From positions 83,814-115,813 of the forward strand of contig CAZCAP010000001.1 in NCBI GenBank assembly GCA_964496765.1: a stretch of DNA of 32,000 nt. Direction: 5' to 3'. Both the position numbers and the translations under genes were made by a program. This document shows, piece after piece, positions 24,446-32,000 of this stretch (position 1 is its first letter; every line of letters starts with the position of its first letter). The DNA is from an uncultured archaeon (lineage in GTDB: Archaea > Iainarchaeota > Iainarchaeia > Iainarchaeales > CSSED10-239). The notes beneath the pieces were generated by a model that searched no databases, was not told where the DNA came from, and worked only from the letters and a program-made list of their open reading frames with translations.

Positions 24446-26362
24446 ATGCAAAAAATAAAACTAACTTTCCCAGATGGTGCTATTAAAGAAGTAGAATCTG
24501 GAATCTCCTCTTCTGATGTAATAAAAAATTACATAGGGGAGAGGTTACTTCAAGCAGCAATAGCTGTTAAAGTAAATACAGTAACACAAGATCTAATTAC
24601 TCCTCTAACAACTGATTGCACTTTCCAAGTACTAACCTTCAAAGATGAAGAAGGAATAGAAATATTCAGACATTCTTCTAGTCATATTCTAGCTCTGGCT
24701 ATTAAAAAACAATTTCCAGAAGCTAAACTAGCTATAGGTCCAGCAATTGAAGATGGTTTCTACTATGACATAGATATTGATAAACCATTTAGTGAAGAGG
24801 ATCTAAGAAAAATTGAAGAAGAAATGAATAGAATAATTAAAGCTGATCTACCTTTTAAAAGAATAGAATCACCTTCAAATGAAGCAAAAAAGTATTTAAC
24901 AGGAGAACCCTATAAGCTTGAAATGATTGATGAGCTTAAGGCTTCTGGAGAAAAAATATCTATTTATTATCTTGGTAATGAATGGTGTGATTTATGTCTA
25001 GGACCACACGTTCCATCATCAGGAAAAATAAAAGCAATTAAATTACTTAGAACCTCAGGTGCCTATTGGAAGGGAGATAGTAAAAACAAACAACTTCAAA
25101 GGGTTTACGGTATTTCTTTTCCAGAAAAGAAAACTCTCGATGAATACCTAAAAATGCTTGAAGAATCACAGAGAAGAGATCATCGTAGAATAGGAAGAGA
25201 GATGGATTTATTCTCATTTCATGATGATGCACCTGGAATGCCTTTCTTCCATGATAAGGGAACATTCATTTGGAATACTCTTGTTGAGTATGTAACAGAA
25301 GTCATGAAAAAAAGAAATTATGAAATAAATAAAACACCAATAATCTTAAACAAATCTCTATGGTTACAATCAGGACATTGGGATCATTATAAGGATAATA
25401 TGTATTTTACAAAAATTGATGATCAGGATTTTGCAATTAAACCAATGAACTGTCCAGGAAATATATTAATCTATAAAACACATCAATATTCATATAGAGA
25501 TCTACCAATTAGAGCTGGTGAGTTTGGGTTAGTTCATAGGCATGAACTATCTGGTGCTCTTTCAGGTCTTTTCAGAGTTAGATGCTTTACTCAGGATGAT
25601 GCTCATGTTTTTTGTACGCAGGAACAAATTAAGGATGAAGCTAAAGATTTAATTTCATTTGTTGATGAGGTTTACAAAACATTTGGATTTGATTACACAA
25701 TGGAATTATCCACAAGACCAGAAAAAGCAATGGGTGATCCAAACCTATGGGAATCAGCAGAGAATACATTAAAAGAAGTTCTTGATGAAACAAAAAAAGA
25801 ATATAAGATTAATCACGGTGATGGTGCATTCTATGGTCCAAAGATAGATTTCCATTTAAAGAATGGATTTGGTAAGCCATGGCAATGTGGAACAATACAA
25901 CTTGATTTCCAAATGCCAGAGAAGTTTGATTTAACCTATGAAGGAGATGATAATCAAAAACATAGACCTGTTATGCTTCATAGAACAATCATAGGCTCCG
26001 TTGAAAGATTCATGGGTATTTTAATTGAAAAGTTTGAAGGGAAGTTTCCGCTATGGATTTCTCCAACTCAAATAACAATTCTTACAATTGCTGATAGGCA
26101 CAATGAATACGCAAAGGAACTAGAAAAAGAATTCAGATCTGCAGGCTTCAGTGTTTTAATGAGCATGGATGCAGAGACAATGAACAAGAAGATAAGAAAT
26201 GCAGAGGTTGCAAAAATAAACTATATTCTTGTTGTTGGAGACAAAGAACAGGAAAACAAAACAGTTAACGTAAGAACAAGAGATAATCAGATTCTTGGAG
26301 AAAAGAAAGTCTCTGATTTCATAAAAGAACTTCAGGAAGAAATTAAATCTAAAAAGATTTAA
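24446..26362 (+). CDS. thrS: Threonyl-tRNA synthetase (full length, with TGS and editing domains)
   Basis: 638 aa. Blocks are FRHSSSHILA, the class II motifs HRHELSGALSGLFRVRCFTQDDAH and GAFYGPKID, and a C-terminal anticodon-binding domain. GAGGAG lies upstream of the ATG. Confidence 0.95.
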   Translation: MQKIKLTFPDGAIKEVESGISSSDVIKNYIGERLLQAAIAVKVNTVTQDLITPLTTDCTFQVLTFKDEEGIEIFRHSSSHILALAIKKQFPEAKLAIGPAIEDGFYYDIDIDKPFSEEDLRKIEEEMNRIIKADLPFKRIESPSNEAKKYLTGEPYKLEMIDELKASGEKISIYYLGNEWCDLCLGPHVPSSGKIKAIKLLRTSGAYWKGDSKNKQLQRVYGISFPEKKTLDEYLKMLEESQRRDHRRIGREMDLFSFHDDAPGMPFFHDKGTFIWNTLVEYVTEVMKKRNYEINKTPIILNKSLWLQSGHWDHYKDNMYFTKIDDQDFAIKPMNCPGNILIYKTHQYSYRDLPIRAGEFGLVHRHELSGALSGLFRVRCFTQDDAHVFCTQEQIKDEAKDLISFVDEVYKTFGFDYTMELSTRPEKAMGDPNLWESAENTLKEVLDETKKEYKINHGDGAFYGPKIDFHLKNGFGKPWQCGTIQLDFQMPEKFDLTYEGDDNQKHRPVMLHRTIIGSVERFMGILIEKFEGKFPLWISPTQITILTIADRHNEYAKELEKEFRSAGFSVLMSMDAETMNKKIRNAEVAKINYILVVGDKEQENKTVNVRTRDNQILGEKKVSDFIKELQEEIKSKKI

Positions 26363-26367
26363 TTTTT

Positions 26368-27057
26368 TTATTTCCTTTTTTCTTTAAAACACATTGAACT
26401 TTTTTTAAATACAAATCCATCGTTTGCTAGAAATTTAATTGTAACACCAAATTCATTATAAATATCAAATAAAATCTTAGTAGATAGGCCAATCAACTGC
26501 TCTCTGTATTCATCTTTTGGCTTGTTGCCATCAAAATACTTATCTAATTTTCTTTTTTCAATTATTGCATCATATTCATTGATTGCTCTTTCTCGAATAT
26601 ATTTTTTTAATGTAAGATAATCTATTACCCCGGGTCTTTCTTTTCTAGTAAACATCTTCGCATAAATTTTCTGGAATAAACTATTATTATTTTTAAGAAC
26701 ATCTATTTTATTATTCATTATTTTATTATCTACTTTAAATACAATTGCACCCTGTACCTGTTTATCAGAAACAACTACAATCACATCACTATATTTTTTC
26801 TTAAGACCATAGGGTTTGAATATATCTAATATGCTTGGAAGTATTGCATCTTTATAATAGTGAGTATGTATATCATATCCTTTTCTATTAAGTACTAACT
26901 TTCTCTCAAGTACACTTCTAAAAGAATTAAAAAGTGTTTTTTTCAGTTCAACATTCCCTTTAACTGGTTTAAAAAAAGCAGCTTCTTTCCTATCAAATTT
27001 ATACAGTTGCTCCACCTGTTTCAGGATAGGTTTTCTTGACTTATTTACTAACTTCAT
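26368..27057 (-). CDS. Orphan protein, member 3 of the 3-copy family (H-T-H-x8-S-x2-D, nearest to JAMM spacing)
   Basis: 229-aa ORF convergent with thrS. DIHTHYYKDAILPSILDIFKP is followed by VIVVVSDKQVQGAIVFKV. The C-terminal block is FGVTIKFLANDGFVF. Confidence 0.6.
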   Translation of the reverse strand: MKLVNKSRKPILKQVEQLYKFDRKEAAFFKPVKGNVELKKTLFNSFRSVLERKLVLNRKGYDIHTHYYKDAILPSILDIFKPYGLKKKYSDVIVVVSDKQVQGAIVFKVDNKIMNNKIDVLKNNNSLFQKIYAKMFTRKERPGVIDYLTLKKYIRERAINEYDAIIEKRKLDKYFDGNKPKDEYREQLIGLSTKILFDIYNEFGVTIKFLANDGFVFKKSSMCFKEKRK

Positions 27058-27503
27058 AAATTAATCCAAATTTATTATTTAATTAAATATCTAATGTCGG
27101 GAACTTGATTCAAATTTGCAAAGCATTAAGCACAAGATCCTAAATCATGGCTATTAAATAACTCAGGAATCTGTATATTATAAATATATTAGAAAAGATA
27201 TGTTTTTAAAAAGAAGTTAAAAAATAGTGATTCTATAAACCTAAAGTGGTGTGTAAAAAAAATTGAGTTTTTGAAAATCATTAACTAAATAACTTTCCTC
27301 AAAAAAACAATAAGTTCTAGCTTAAGCATACTAGTTTAAGAAAGATGCGAACCTTTCCAACCCTTTCTACACACCAATAAAATTAAGATACAGAATAATT
27401 ATAAATCTATCGTTTAGAGATTATGCCGACTAATAGATAGTATTAAAAACAAGAAAAAAGAAATTTAATCAATAGTTACTTCAAGCTTAATTTTAACAAA
27501 AAA

Positions 27504-27585
27504 TGCAGGGTACAGGATTCGAACCTGCGAAGCACTAAGCAATGGATTTTGAGTCCATCCCCTTTGACCGCTCGGGAAACCCTGC
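27504..27585 (-). tRNA. tRNA-Leu (anticodon CAA)
   Basis: The reverse strand reads GCAGGGTTTCCCGAGCGGTCAAAGGGGATGGACTCAAAATCCATTGCTTAGTGCTTCGCAGGTTCGAATCCTGTACCCTGCA. The anticodon loop is CTCAAAA, there is a long variable arm, and the acceptor stem is GCAGGGT/ACCCTGC with A73. Confidence 0.92.
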
Positions 27586-27590
27586 CTTAA

Positions 27591-27622
27591 CCTCTTGCGC
27601 CAGGTTAACGAGCGCATGGTTG
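27591..27622 (-). repeat. GC-rich ~35-nt element, copy B, abutting the tRNA-Leu 5' end
   Basis: The reverse strand reads CAACCATGCGCTCGTTAACCTGGCGCAAGAGG, containing the hairpin GCGC-N11-GCGC nested in AACC...GGTT. It is similar to copy A at 6801-6835. Confidence 0.5.
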
Positions 27623-27733
27623 ACATATTAATAAATAATTTATTCAGTTATTCTTAAATAATATATACATAGATACTTATTTTAATCTTTATTATTAAAA
27701 TAAAAAATAGAAAGAAGATAATAAAGTAATTAT

Positions 27734-28978
27734 TTACTTCTTCTCTGAAGTAGTAACGTTATTTGTAACCATATTTACTTTCTTCTGAAACACATAGAAA
27801 TAAACAGTAGTGGTTATATTTGTAGCAATTATAACTAGGAATGCAATAGGCAATATCATAACTGTTACAGGATTAACTATATTCATTGCAATTGGAATGG
27901 TTGCTAAAACTGCAGCAGCAAGGCCTCTTGCATGTAAAGAAAAAATAACTTCTTTGTCATTTCTAATTTCTGCATTCTCTTTAGCTAATATCTTAATAAC
28001 TAGAGATCTTGCAATTAAAGATAAAACAATAACTGCTATTGAAATCAAAAGAACCATTTGATTAATACCAGAAAAGTCAACTATTAGGCCTAAATATATA
28101 AAGAAAAAGGCTTTAATAAATAAAGATATTTCTGTTTGAAATTTGGTAATGGTCTCACTTAATACAAACTCTTTTGTTCTAAGTATCCTTGTTAATTCAG
28201 CACTGTTTCCTAGTATAATTCCAAACACAAGTGCTCCAATTGCCCCATTACCCTTTGCGAACTCAATTAAAACATAAAGTATAATTAAAAAAGATAAAGT
28301 TAAAAGATACCCATATTCCTTTGCATAATTAAAGTCTCTTAGTACCTTCATCCAAATTATCCCACCAACACCAACAATTACAATTGCAATTGCATAGGCA
28401 CCCAAGAGGTTTTGAGCAATGGATGGAATGCTTGTTGTTTTTGCTAATATTATATCAATTACAACCATTGCAATAACAACACACAATGAATCTGTAATTG
28501 CAGATTCAAGAGTTAATAATGTTTTTGTTCCTGGACTTGCTTTTGTATCCTTAATTAGAGGTATGATTACAGCAGATGATGTTCCTCCAACAATGGCTCC
28601 AATTAAGATACCATAGAGAATTGGAATTGCAAATACAAGATTTAAAAATAAAGTTATAAAAGTAACAGTGAAAATGAAAACAAGAACAGTGAAAATAGTG
28701 GTTTTACTTAGCTCCTTTAGAACCTTATAGAAATTAAGAGATAATCCACCTTCAAATAATAATATCATTAATGCAAGTGCACCCACAAAAGGAGCAAATG
28801 CTTTTAGGGTTGATAAATAGGTGTTAGAGATTAAATGCAAACCAGGCCCTATTAGAAAACCAATAACTATTAAAAATACTAAATCAGATATCTTTGTTTT
28901 TCTTAGGAATAGGTTTCCAAAGAAACCAACAAGAAAAACACCAGCAATGGATAATAATAAAATACCTGTATTAATCAT
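27734..28978 (-). CDS. Cation:proton antiporter (Na+/H+ exchanger family)
   Basis: 414 aa with about 11-12 hydrophobic segments. The layout and blocks such as FEGGLSL, ESAITDS and GIILG are typical of CPA-type exchangers. Confidence 0.8.
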   Translation of the reverse strand: MINTGILLLSIAGVFLVGFFGNLFLRKTKISDLVFLIVIGFLIGPGLHLISNTYLSTLKAFAPFVGALALMILLFEGGLSLNFYKVLKELSKTTIFTVLVFIFTVTFITLFLNLVFAIPILYGILIGAIVGGTSSAVIIPLIKDTKASPGTKTLLTLESAITDSLCVVIAMVVIDIILAKTTSIPSIAQNLLGAYAIAIVIVGVGGIIWMKVLRDFNYAKEYGYLLTLSFLIILYVLIEFAKGNGAIGALVFGIILGNSAELTRILRTKEFVLSETITKFQTEISLFIKAFFFIYLGLIVDFSGINQMVLLISIAVIVLSLIARSLVIKILAKENAEIRNDKEVIFSLHARGLAAAVLATIPIAMNIVNPVTVMILPIAFLVIIATNITTTVYFYVFQKKVNMVTNNVTTSEKK

Positions 28979-29043
28979 ATTTATATGGTATAATAAAAAT
29001 ATTTATAAACACTATTAATTCAAGGAAAGATGAAGGAATTAAT

Positions 29044-30396
29044 TCATTCCTTTATTTTTCTACACTCTAGATAAAACCTTTTCTCATTTGCTTCTCCCAT
29101 TGAAAAGCTCTTTCTTGGTAAAGCACCATCAAGAACAACAGTTCTAAAGAATTGTTTTTTGGAGATTAGTGGAAGATAAAAACCACAATTTTTTTCTTTA
29201 CTTGCTAATGTTGCAAGAACCTCAGAACCATGAACATAATCTATTTTTTCTGCAAAACCATTTTGCATGAACTTGTCCAAAAATTCCTGCAAAGTTCCAA
29301 CAGGAAGATTATTTTTTGGAGGCCTTATTTTAATTAAACCACAACCTTTCTCAGAAACAAAGCCAATAACATGCTTTGTTTTTTGTTTCTCTTTCCTAAC
29401 TAACTCAATCATCTCTTCTTTAGTTAGCTTCTTCTTCATTTTAAAAGAACCTCCAAAGAAAGCTTTCATTTCTTTAATTATATCCTTATTTAAATTAAAG
29501 ATAACCCTATGTATTGCTTCAAACTCCAAAGATTCATCATGTATGTTAACAAGCTCAACAAGTGCATACCTTCTAGGGTCATTAATAATGTCTTCTTTAT
29601 TAACTGTTGTTCTCTTAATTTCTTCCCAAATAGATTTTGCAGTTGCTAAAGAATGATTTCCATCCCCCATTGCATACAACAAAAGAGGAAGATCTTCCTT
29701 AAGCTTATATTTTTTCTTAAATACTTTCTGGGTTGCTAGCTTTTCAAGTCCCTTAACTATCTTCTTTTCAAATTTCTTCTTAACAAGATACCCTTCCAGG
29801 TGTCCACCATTCTCCATAAGCTCAAAATCATAGAGCTTATCCATATCTTCTTTCTTTTCGGTTAAGATATCCACTACTTTACCTCTAGGATCATCAATTA
29901 ATACCATAACATGTGGGGATTCAATAAGAGCATCCTTTCTAATAGTGATTCTTGGAGGTAGTCTCTCTAAAATAGTGCCTTCTGTTGCTCTTATAAGCGT
30001 CTTTGAATCCCTATTATAGTCATATTTATCTAAATCTAGACAAACAACTAATCCTTTTCTTGTTTTCCCTTCTTTTATTCTTCTTTCAACATAAACAAAC
30101 CCATTATGTTCTTGAAACAAACCAGAAGATAGATATTCATTCATTGTGTTAACTATACTTGTTATTCTTTCTTCCTTATTTGGTTCTTCTAGATAGATTT
30201 CTGGATAAACCATCTTTAGGGTTGAAGGTGCATCACCAACTATTTTTTTAATATTATTCCAATAATCTGGTTCTGAGGTATATTGATCAACTGCAACCAT
30301 AGACCATTTATTAAGATCTATTCCTTTTTTAGGAAGTAGGATATCAGGAACACAAATTCCAATTTCTTCATATTTTCTAATGGGTTTTGATTTCAT
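29044..30396 (-). CDS. DUF1015-like protein (uncertain assignment)
   Basis: 450-aa soluble protein. The blocks AVDQYTSEPDYW and AMGDGNHSLATAK recall the PPYD and ADGHHR-type blocks of DUF1015 as I remember them. Not verified. Confidence 0.4.
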   Translation of the reverse strand: MKSKPIRKYEEIGICVPDILLPKKGIDLNKWSMVAVDQYTSEPDYWNNIKKIVGDAPSTLKMVYPEIYLEEPNKEERITSIVNTMNEYLSSGLFQEHNGFVYVERRIKEGKTRKGLVVCLDLDKYDYNRDSKTLIRATEGTILERLPPRITIRKDALIESPHVMVLIDDPRGKVVDILTEKKEDMDKLYDFELMENGGHLEGYLVKKKFEKKIVKGLEKLATQKVFKKKYKLKEDLPLLLYAMGDGNHSLATAKSIWEEIKRTTVNKEDIINDPRRYALVELVNIHDESLEFEAIHRVIFNLNKDIIKEMKAFFGGSFKMKKKLTKEEMIELVRKEKQKTKHVIGFVSEKGCGLIKIRPPKNNLPVGTLQEFLDKFMQNGFAEKIDYVHGSEVLATLASKEKNCGFYLPLISKKQFFRTVVLDGALPRKSFSMGEANEKRFYLECRKIKE

Positions 30397-30516
30397 TTGT
30401 TTTCAACTCCTTGTTTCTTATTCATAGTTAGTTATATATAAGTTAGAATAATAGGGAAAATAAGTAAAATAATAGTAGAAGAATAAGTTTAAATAAGCTT
30501 CTTTCATATACTTATG

Positions 30517-30909
30517 TTAATCATTATCAATAACAGCGTCTGCTTCTATTTCAACTTCCCAATCAGGATTAATAAAAGCTTTAACTTCAACGAATGTGCA
30601 AACTGGTTGAATTTTTAAGAAATATTCACCATGTGCTTTTGCTACCACTTTCCATTTCGTGATGTCTTTTAGATATATTCTTGTTCTAATAACATCTTCT
30701 AGTCTTCCGTTTGCTTTTTCAAGAGCATCCTTAATTATTTCAAGACAGCGAATTGATTGATTGTAAGCATCACCAGGATAACAAGTAGAACCATCTTCTG
30801 AAATTGGAGCTGTTCCACTAATTGCTATTATGTTTCCAATTCTTGTAGCTCTTGAGAAACCAATCTCTTTTTCCAAAGGTTGATTATAAATTATATTTTT
30901 TCTAATCAT
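30517..30909 (-). CDS. RidA/YjgF-family protein
   Basis: The start is taken at MIRKNIIY, because the track ORF's 22 extra N-terminal codons run into a tRNA fragment. Blocks are GFSRATRIGNIIAISGT and VEIEADAV. Confidence 0.82.
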   Translation of the reverse strand: MIRKNIIYNQPLEKEIGFSRATRIGNIIAISGTAPISEDGSTCYPGDAYNQSIRCLEIIKDALEKANGRLEDVIRTRIYLKDITKWKVVAKAHGEYFLKIQPVCTFVEVKAFINPDWEVEIEADAVIDND

Positions 30910-30974
30910 ACAATCATCAAATTGTAAATTTTTTTTTCCTGAGGATTTTTTTCTCAAGAAAGAAAGACTAGACA

Positions 30975-30992
30975 CAGAGGACGGGATTCGAA
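30975..30992 (-). repeat. Orphan copy of the tRNA-Ser 3' end (T-loop through acceptor 3' strand), att-like direct repeat
   Basis: CAGAGGACGGGATTCGAA is identical over 18 nt to 31948-31965 inside tRNA-Ser(GCU) and has the same orientation. The adjoining sequence cannot form a T-stem, so this is a fragment and not a gene. Confidence 0.8.
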
Positions 30993-31097
30993 ACTACAGA
31001 TTATAACCTCACGAACCATAACGAATATATATTCAATACCTTTAAAAACATTTCCTAACATAATATGAATATAGATTCAAAATAAAGGAGGAATTTT

Positions 31098-31229
31098 ATG
31101 CCAAATAAAGATGGAACAGGACCAGAAGGAAAAGGATCACAAACAGGTAGAGCACAAGGTAATTGTAATCCAAATAAAAATCAAACAATTACTAAAGGTT
31201 TGGGACTTAGAAAAAGAGCTACCCAATAA
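31098..31229 (+). CDS. DUF5320-family small protein (43 aa)
   Basis: Not in the ORF track. The translation is MPNKDGTGPEGKGSQTGRAQGNCNPNKNQTITKGLGLRKRATQ. The DGTGP.G.G..TGR..G.C pattern is present, and AAGGAGG lies 7 nt upstream of the ATG. Confidence 0.7.
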   Translation: MPNKDGTGPEGKGSQTGRAQGNCNPNKNQTITKGLGLRKRATQ

Positions 31230-31288
31230 AGTAGCCCTTTTTATTTCTTTTCTTTTTTATATATTTAATCAAATAAAGGAATAAAAAT

Positions 31289-31636
31289 ATGAAACTATTA
31301 ATTTCATTGAACAATAATAATGGCAGGATGTCAGAATTAAGTAATCATTTTGGGGGTTGTGCCTATTATGCAATATACAATACCACAAACGAAAAGCTTG
31401 AAATAATTAAAAACACCATAGATCACTCCAATAACAAGGACCCTTTTACTAATCAAATATTGAAATTAGATATTGATTGCGTATTTAGTTTAGGTATGGG
31501 AAAGAAAGCAATTGATTTATTTAAACAAAACAATATATTATTAAAAACAGGAAAATACACCACACTCGCAGAAGTTATAAATAACATAGATAACCTGGAA
31601 CCAATTACAATGGCTTGTAACCATTTAAATGATTAA
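31289..31636 (+). CDS. NifX/NifB-C-terminal-like (dinitrogenase FeMo-cofactor-binding fold) small protein
   Basis: 115 aa. The HFGGCAYYAIY start and overall size fit the family that usually accompanies DUF134 and DUF5320 genes. Confidence 0.7.
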   Translation: MKLLISLNNNNGRMSELSNHFGGCAYYAIYNTTNEKLEIIKNTIDHSNNKDPFTNQILKLDIDCVFSLGMGKKAIDLFKQNNILLKTGKYTTLAEVINNIDNLEPITMACNHLND

Positions 31637-31638
31637 AT

Positions 31639-31938
31639 ATGCCTAGACCAAGAAGATGTAGACGAATAAGTAACAAACCAGACATTACTTATTTTAAACC
31701 AGCTGGAATTCCAATTAGGGAATTAAAAGAAAATAAAATAAGTTTAGTTGAATTAGAGGCAATAAGATTAAAAGATGTTCTTGAATTAGACCAAAAAGAT
31801 TGTGCAGAAAAAATGAATATATCCCAGCCTACTTTTCATAGATTAATAATAGAAGCAAGAAAAAAGATTGCAGACGCACTGGTTAATGGAAAAGCAATAA
31901 AATTAGAAGATAAAAAAGACTATATTTTTTCAAAATAA
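31639..31938 (+). CDS. DUF134 (UPF0251) family putative DNA-binding protein
   Basis: The N-terminus is MPRPRRCRRISNKPDITYFKPAGIP, and the C-terminal sigma-70-region-4-like HTH is LDQKDCAEKMNISQPTFHRLI. Confidence 0.8.
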   Translation: MPRPRRCRRISNKPDITYFKPAGIPIRELKENKISLVELEAIRLKDVLELDQKDCAEKMNISQPTFHRLIIEARKKIADALVNGKAIKLEDKKDYIFSK

Positions 31939-31945
31939 TTAAAAA

Positions 31946-32000
31946 CGCAGAGGACGGGATTCGAACCCGTGTAGTCTTTCGACTCTAGCTTAGCAGGCTA
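31946..32000 (-). tRNA. tRNA-Ser (anticodon GCU), 5' part cut by window edge
   Basis: The reverse strand reads ...TAGCCTGCTAAGCTAGAGTCGAAAGACTACACGGGTTCGAATCCCGTCCTCTGCG. The anticodon loop is CTGCTAA, the long variable arm is AGTC-GAAA-GACT, the T-arm is ACGGGTTCGAATCCCGT and the discriminator is G73. Confidence 0.85.

Noticed and set aside
27248-27376. Intron-containing or permuted tRNA suggested by the acceptor-like inverted repeat GGTGTGT...ACACACCA
   Set aside because: No canonical D arm, anticodon arm or correctly placed T arm is present in either orientation. The T-arm-like hairpin has an 8-nt loop and is separated from the putative acceptor strand by about 10 nt.
709-29656. Nested or antisense track ORFs inside longer genes: 709-897, 852-1082, 1107-1331, 1740-1934, 2205-2432, 8497-8760, 9809-10090, 11186-11416, 17919-18176, 21518-21763, 21914-22141, 22712-23062, 25047-25265, 27810-28061, 28419-28616, 28821-29018 and 29267-29656
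   Set aside because: Each is embedded in, or antisense to, a longer ORF that has recognisable family motifs or a paralog. Their translations are low-complexity I/F/L/S-rich, as expected from off-frame or reverse reading of AT-rich genes.
30975-31020. Possible second tRNA gene, or a split or permuted tRNA half, at the tRNA-Ser-like fragment
   Set aside because: Only the T-loop-to-acceptor 3' portion is present. The upstream sequence (GTAGTT) cannot pair as a T-stem, and there is no anticodon arm or D arm. It is better explained as an att-like duplicated tRNA end.
1-32000. CRISPR arrays, transposases, integrases, toxin-antitoxin pairs, 23S/5S rRNA
   Set aside because: I looked for regularly spaced direct repeats, for DDE, tyrosine or serine recombinase motifs, and for large-subunit rRNA conserved blocks. 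I found none by eye.

Overview
AT-rich, very gene-dense archaeal chromosome segment. The archaeal call rests on 16S signatures, FEN1 with a C-terminal PIP box, eL40/eL41, deoxyhypusine synthase, a 7S-type SRP RNA with an Alu domain, CCA-less tRNAs and TATA-box promoters. The small-genome DPANN-like assignment is inference only, from low GC, compaction and many orphan ORFs. Stable RNAs stand out as GC-rich islands. They are a lone 16S rRNA (no 23S in the window), RNase P RNA, SRP RNA, and tRNA-Ala(UGC), Glu(UUC), Gly(UCC), Leu(CAA) and a window-truncated Ser(GCU). Several ORFs in the supplied track lie inside these RNAs and are spurious. Recognisable proteins are:
- thymidine kinase (partial, missing from the track), two HIT proteins, a nucleotidyltransferase, eL41 and eL40 (both missing from the track) and FEN1;
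- a Memo-AMMECR1 fusion with its radical SAM partner (AmmeMemoRadiSam system), a site-2 protease and a thioredoxin-CcdA/DsbD fusion;
- an operon-like dhs / orphan / PLP decarboxylase / agmatinase cluster;
- PspC, NUDIX, a DEDDh exonuclease, FtsZ, ThrRS, a cation/H+ antiporter, a DUF1015-like protein and RidA;
- a DUF5320 / NifX-like / DUF134 cassette.
No CRISPR array, integrase or transposase was seen. The most interesting signals are:
1. A three-member orphan family carrying a JAMM/RadC-like H-x-H...P-S-x-x-D-I signature.
2. An 18-nt direct repeat of the tRNA-Ser 3' end bracketing the ~1 kb three-gene cassette, an att-like scar.
3. The agmatine/hypusine cluster with two embedded orphans. One orphan ends in the same C-terminal peptide as FtsZ.
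4. A disrupted rRNA operon, with protein genes between 16S, tRNA-Ala and RNase P RNA.
5. A ~35-nt GC-rich element found twice, each copy abutting a tRNA gene.
All functional calls come from motif reading by eye. No searches were run.
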